Of a DNA stretch of 19,023 nt, positions 16,610-19,023 are shown in pieces. Within the stretch, counting starts at the first letter, position 1, and each line of letters begins with the position of its first letter. The notes beneath the pieces were generated by a model, which saw only the letters and a program-made list of their open reading frames with translations, had not been told where the DNA came from and made no database searches. The stretch covers positions 1-19,023 of the forward strand of contig JBDRVN010000037.1 in assembly GCA_039801885.1 (NCBI GenBank). The letters are read 5' to 3'. The DNA comes from a candidate division WOR-3 bacterium (GTDB lineage Bacteria; Hydrothermota; Tepidihabitantia; Tepidihabitantales; DTDR01). Both the position numbers and the translations under genes were made by a program.

Positions 16610-17860
16610 ATGTGGAGAAAAGAAGAAATTAAAGAAATATTTAGAAAAATTGAAGAATATAAAGAAGAGATGATTGAATTACAAAAAGAATTAACTGAAA
16701 TTCCAGCGATTGGTCCGGAGAATAACGGAAAAGGTGAGTATGAAAAAGGAAAATTTTTAAAAGAGAAATTATTAAAATGGAAATTTCCGTTAGAAGAGTA
16801 TAATGCTATTGACGAACGAATAAAAAATAAAATAAGACCAAATTTACTTACTTTTTATTTGGGTAAGAAAACAAACAAGAAAATTTGGATTATTACCCAT
16901 TTAGATGTTGTTCCGGCCGGCAATGAAAATTTGTGGGAAACACCTCCTTTTAAAGCAGTAGTTAAAAATGGAAAAATCTATGGAAGAGGAACAGAAGATA
17001 ATCAACAGGAAATGGTTTCTTCCATCTTTGCCTTAAAAGTAATAAAGGATTTAAATTTAACTCCTCCTTATTCAGTTTGTTTACTTTTTGTGAGTGATGA
17101 AGAAACAGGCAGTAATTACGGAATAAAATATCTTTTAGAAAATTTTAATCTTTTTAATAAAGAAGACTTAATTATAATTCCGGATGCCGGTAGTGAAAAA
17201 GGAGAGGCTATTGAAATTGCGGAAAAAGGAATAATTTGGTTAAAATTTAAAATAACTGGACGTCAAACCCATGCTTCTGTTCCTCATAAAGGAATAAATG
17301 CTCATAAGATCGGTGCCCGTTTAATTACCTATCTTTCAGAAAATTTTGAAAAAAATTTTAACCAAAGGGACACTCTTTTTGAACCACCTTACACAACTTT
17401 TGAACCAACAAAAAAAGAAAGTAATATTCCTAATATTAATACTATTCCGGGAGAAGACATTTTTTATTTTGATTGCCGTTATCTTCCCAGTTATAACTTT
17501 TCGGAAATAATTGATTATTTGAAAGGCACAATAAATTGGTGGCAAGATACATATAAAATAAAAATAGATTTAGAAGTCCTTCATCATGAAGAAGCAACAC
17601 CTAAAACCAAGGAAGATGCGGATGTAGTAAAATTTTTAAAAAAGGCAATAGCAGATGTTTTAAATCAAAATCCAAAATTAATTGGTATTGGTGGCGGAAC
17701 CGTGGCAGCGATTTTCCGAAAAAAAGGATTCCAACCAGTTGTTTGGGGGAAAGTATGTGGTGTTGCTCACCAACCTAACGAATATTCTTTAATTGAAAAT
17801 ATGATTGATTCAACTAAAGTATATACTTATCTTTTTGGTCTTGACTTTAATGATTTTTAA
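16610..17860 (+). CDS. M20-family metallohydrolase (ArgE/DapE-like)
   Basis: HLDVVP, GRGTED, DEETGS, AEKG..W, QTHAS, GGGT and AHQPNE metal-binding motifs. Confidence 0.9.
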   Translation: MWRKEEIKEIFRKIEEYKEEMIELQKELTEIPAIGPENNGKGEYEKGKFLKEKLLKWKFPLEEYNAIDERIKNKIRPNLLTFYLGKKTNKKIWIITHLDVVPAGNENLWETPPFKAVVKNGKIYGRGTEDNQQEMVSSIFALKVIKDLNLTPPYSVCLLFVSDEETGSNYGIKYLLENFNLFNKEDLIIIPDAGSEKGEAIEIAEKGIIWLKFKITGRQTHASVPHKGINAHKIGARLITYLSENFEKNFNQRDTLFEPPYTTFEPTKKESNIPNINTIPGEDIFYFDCRYLPSYNFSEIIDYLKGTINWWQDTYKIKIDLEVLHHEEATPKTKEDADVVKFLKKAIADVLNQNPKLIGIGGGTVAAIFRKKGFQPVVWGKVCGVAHQPNEYSLIENMIDSTKVYTYLFGLDFNDF

Positions 17861-17869
17861 AGTAATAAT
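17841..17869 (+). promoter_or_regulatory. Possible internal promoter for the 120-aa ORF
   Basis: TTGACT(17841-17846) then TAATAA (16-bp spacer) or AATAAT (17-bp spacer); ATG 17875; no SD. Confidence 0.45.
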
Positions 17870-17874
17870 ATATT

Positions 17875-18237
17875 ATGGATTTAAGAGATTATTTTGATTT
17901 AAAAAAAACAAGGTTAGATGATATTCGAGATTACGGTGGAGAGGTAATTATTCTTTTTTTAAAAGAAGGAGTCTCCACCATTGAAGCAGTAGAAGCTTTA
18001 AGTTGGGAGATAGCGAAATTTTTACAAAATGAGACAGGCAAAGGTTATTCTCCTTCTAAGGAACCAGGCATGGGTATTGAATGGATTGTTCGTGAACCTG
18101 GACACGAAACTTATGGATTAAAAATTATTGGCGAAACAAAACGAGTAATTGTCAAAAGGGTAGCAATATTAGAAGATGAAACATTTATGAACAGATATGT
18201 CCGCTATCTCCACCGATTAGCTGAAAAAGAAGATTAA
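17875..18237 (+). CDS. Hypothetical 120-aa cytoplasmic protein
   Basis: Clean ORF filling the gap between two genes, with protein-like composition (G/E/V/R-rich) unlike AT-rich noise; no family recognised. Confidence 0.75.
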   Translation: MDLRDYFDLKKTRLDDIRDYGGEVIILFLKEGVSTIEAVEALSWEIAKFLQNETGKGYSPSKEPGMGIEWIVREPGHETYGLKIIGETKRVIVKRVAILEDETFMNRYVRYLHRLAEKED

Positions 18238-19023
18238 ATAAAAAGAAGGATAATCTCCGTTAGAAAAACAGAAAAAGCAAAAAATAAAAAAAAGTAGGTT
18301 AATTCATATTCTAATTTTATTTCTCCTTTTATTATTTTTAAATTATTTTTTTCTTTCAAATCTAATTTTTTTAAATTACCTTCTTCCTTCTTAGTATTTA
18401 CCGCAATTTTTTTATTTTCCAATTGATATATTCCTGGTTCCTTTGTTTCTGAAAATCTTATCACCCGTGTTCCCTTTTCTAAGGAAGTCTCCTTTAAGAA
18501 TTTTCCAAAGGGAGTTATAATCTTTATTTGAGGTAAATCAAAATTTAATACTATCGTTTCGCCGATGAAGAAATTATTTTTCTTTTTTATTCCGTAATAC
18601 TCAACTGTCTTTAAGATTAAAGGAAGAAATAAAATTTTTGTTGGCAAATCAGTAAAATTATCCGAAAAATTACTGGTAAAAATTAATAAGTTATTTAAGG
18701 TATCTTCTAAAAGAAAAGGAAATTTATTATTAAAAGATGCCAATATTTTTAAATTTTTTGTTTTTAAATTAACCACCCGATAAAATTTTGGTTCTTTTAT
18801 AATTTTTTCTTTAAAGTCTTGAAAAATAAAATGATTTTCTTCCCATTTGTCAATAGTTAGAAATCCTTCTCCTTCCCAAGTTTCTAAGGTTTCAAAAATT
18901 TCTCCAAATTTATTTTCTTTTAAAGTTTTTCCTAAAATTAAAATAACTTTGCCCTCCTTCTTTAAATAATCTGATAATTGCCATTTCAGAAACTGATCAA
19001 TTTTTGTGGGATTAACTAAAAAA
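18234..19023 (-). CDS. 3' part of a BatA/VWA-type membrane-anchored protein (partial, starts beyond window)
   Basis: The frame is open from the window edge (FLVNPTKID...GKVILILG...HFIFQDF...PKFYRVV) into the tracked ORF. TDLP...F.PL, PGIY, IAVN..E and a C-terminal TM segment ending in LTEIILL resemble BatA-domain proteins. Confidence 0.65.
   Translation of the reverse strand, partial: FLVNPTKIDQFLKWQLSDYLKKEGKVILILGKTLKENKFGEIFETLETWEGEGFLTIDKWEENHFIFQDFKEKIIKEPKFYRVVNLKTKNLKILASFNNKFPFLLEDTLNNLLIFTSNFSDNFTDLPTKILFLPLILKTVEYYGIKKKNNFFIGETIVLNFDLPQIKIITPFGKFLKETSLEKGTRVIRFSETKEPGIYQLENKKIAVNTKKEEGNLKKLDLKEKNNLKIIKGEIKLEYELTYFFLFFAFSVFLTEIILLFI

Overview
AT-rich bacterial chromosomal window with K/E/I-rich proteins and no recognisable mobile element or CRISPR array. 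T9SS-type C-terminal domains, a PorV-like barrel, a TonB-dependent receptor and a BatA-like protein suggest a diderm FCB-related lineage (WOR-3-like is a guess from gene style, not verified). Left to right: the 3' end of a T9SS-CTD protein; a PorV-like protein and a dolichol/phytol-kinase-like membrane protein; a TPR plus double-parvulin chaperone; crt-thiolase-tsaE on the minus strand; a beta-propeller/Ig/CTD surface protein; tRNA-Leu(CAA); an ~870 bp region without long genes; a cobalamin riboswitch with btuB; the minus-strand cluster alr, tRNA-Val(GAC), zinc-ribbon protein, PatA/LpxL-like acyltransferase, dut and PimA-like glycosyltransferase; an M20 hydrolase; a 120-aa unknown; and the 3' part of a BatA-like gene. 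The region is mostly housekeeping. The most unusual signals are ten sigma70-type promoters that all have a 16-bp spacer, several apparently leaderless genes, a probable ATT start codon, His-less parvulin domains, a PatA/PimA-like pair outside Actinobacteria, and an orphan promoter with a palindrome and hairpin after tRNA-Leu. Family assignments come from recalled motifs; no database searches were run.
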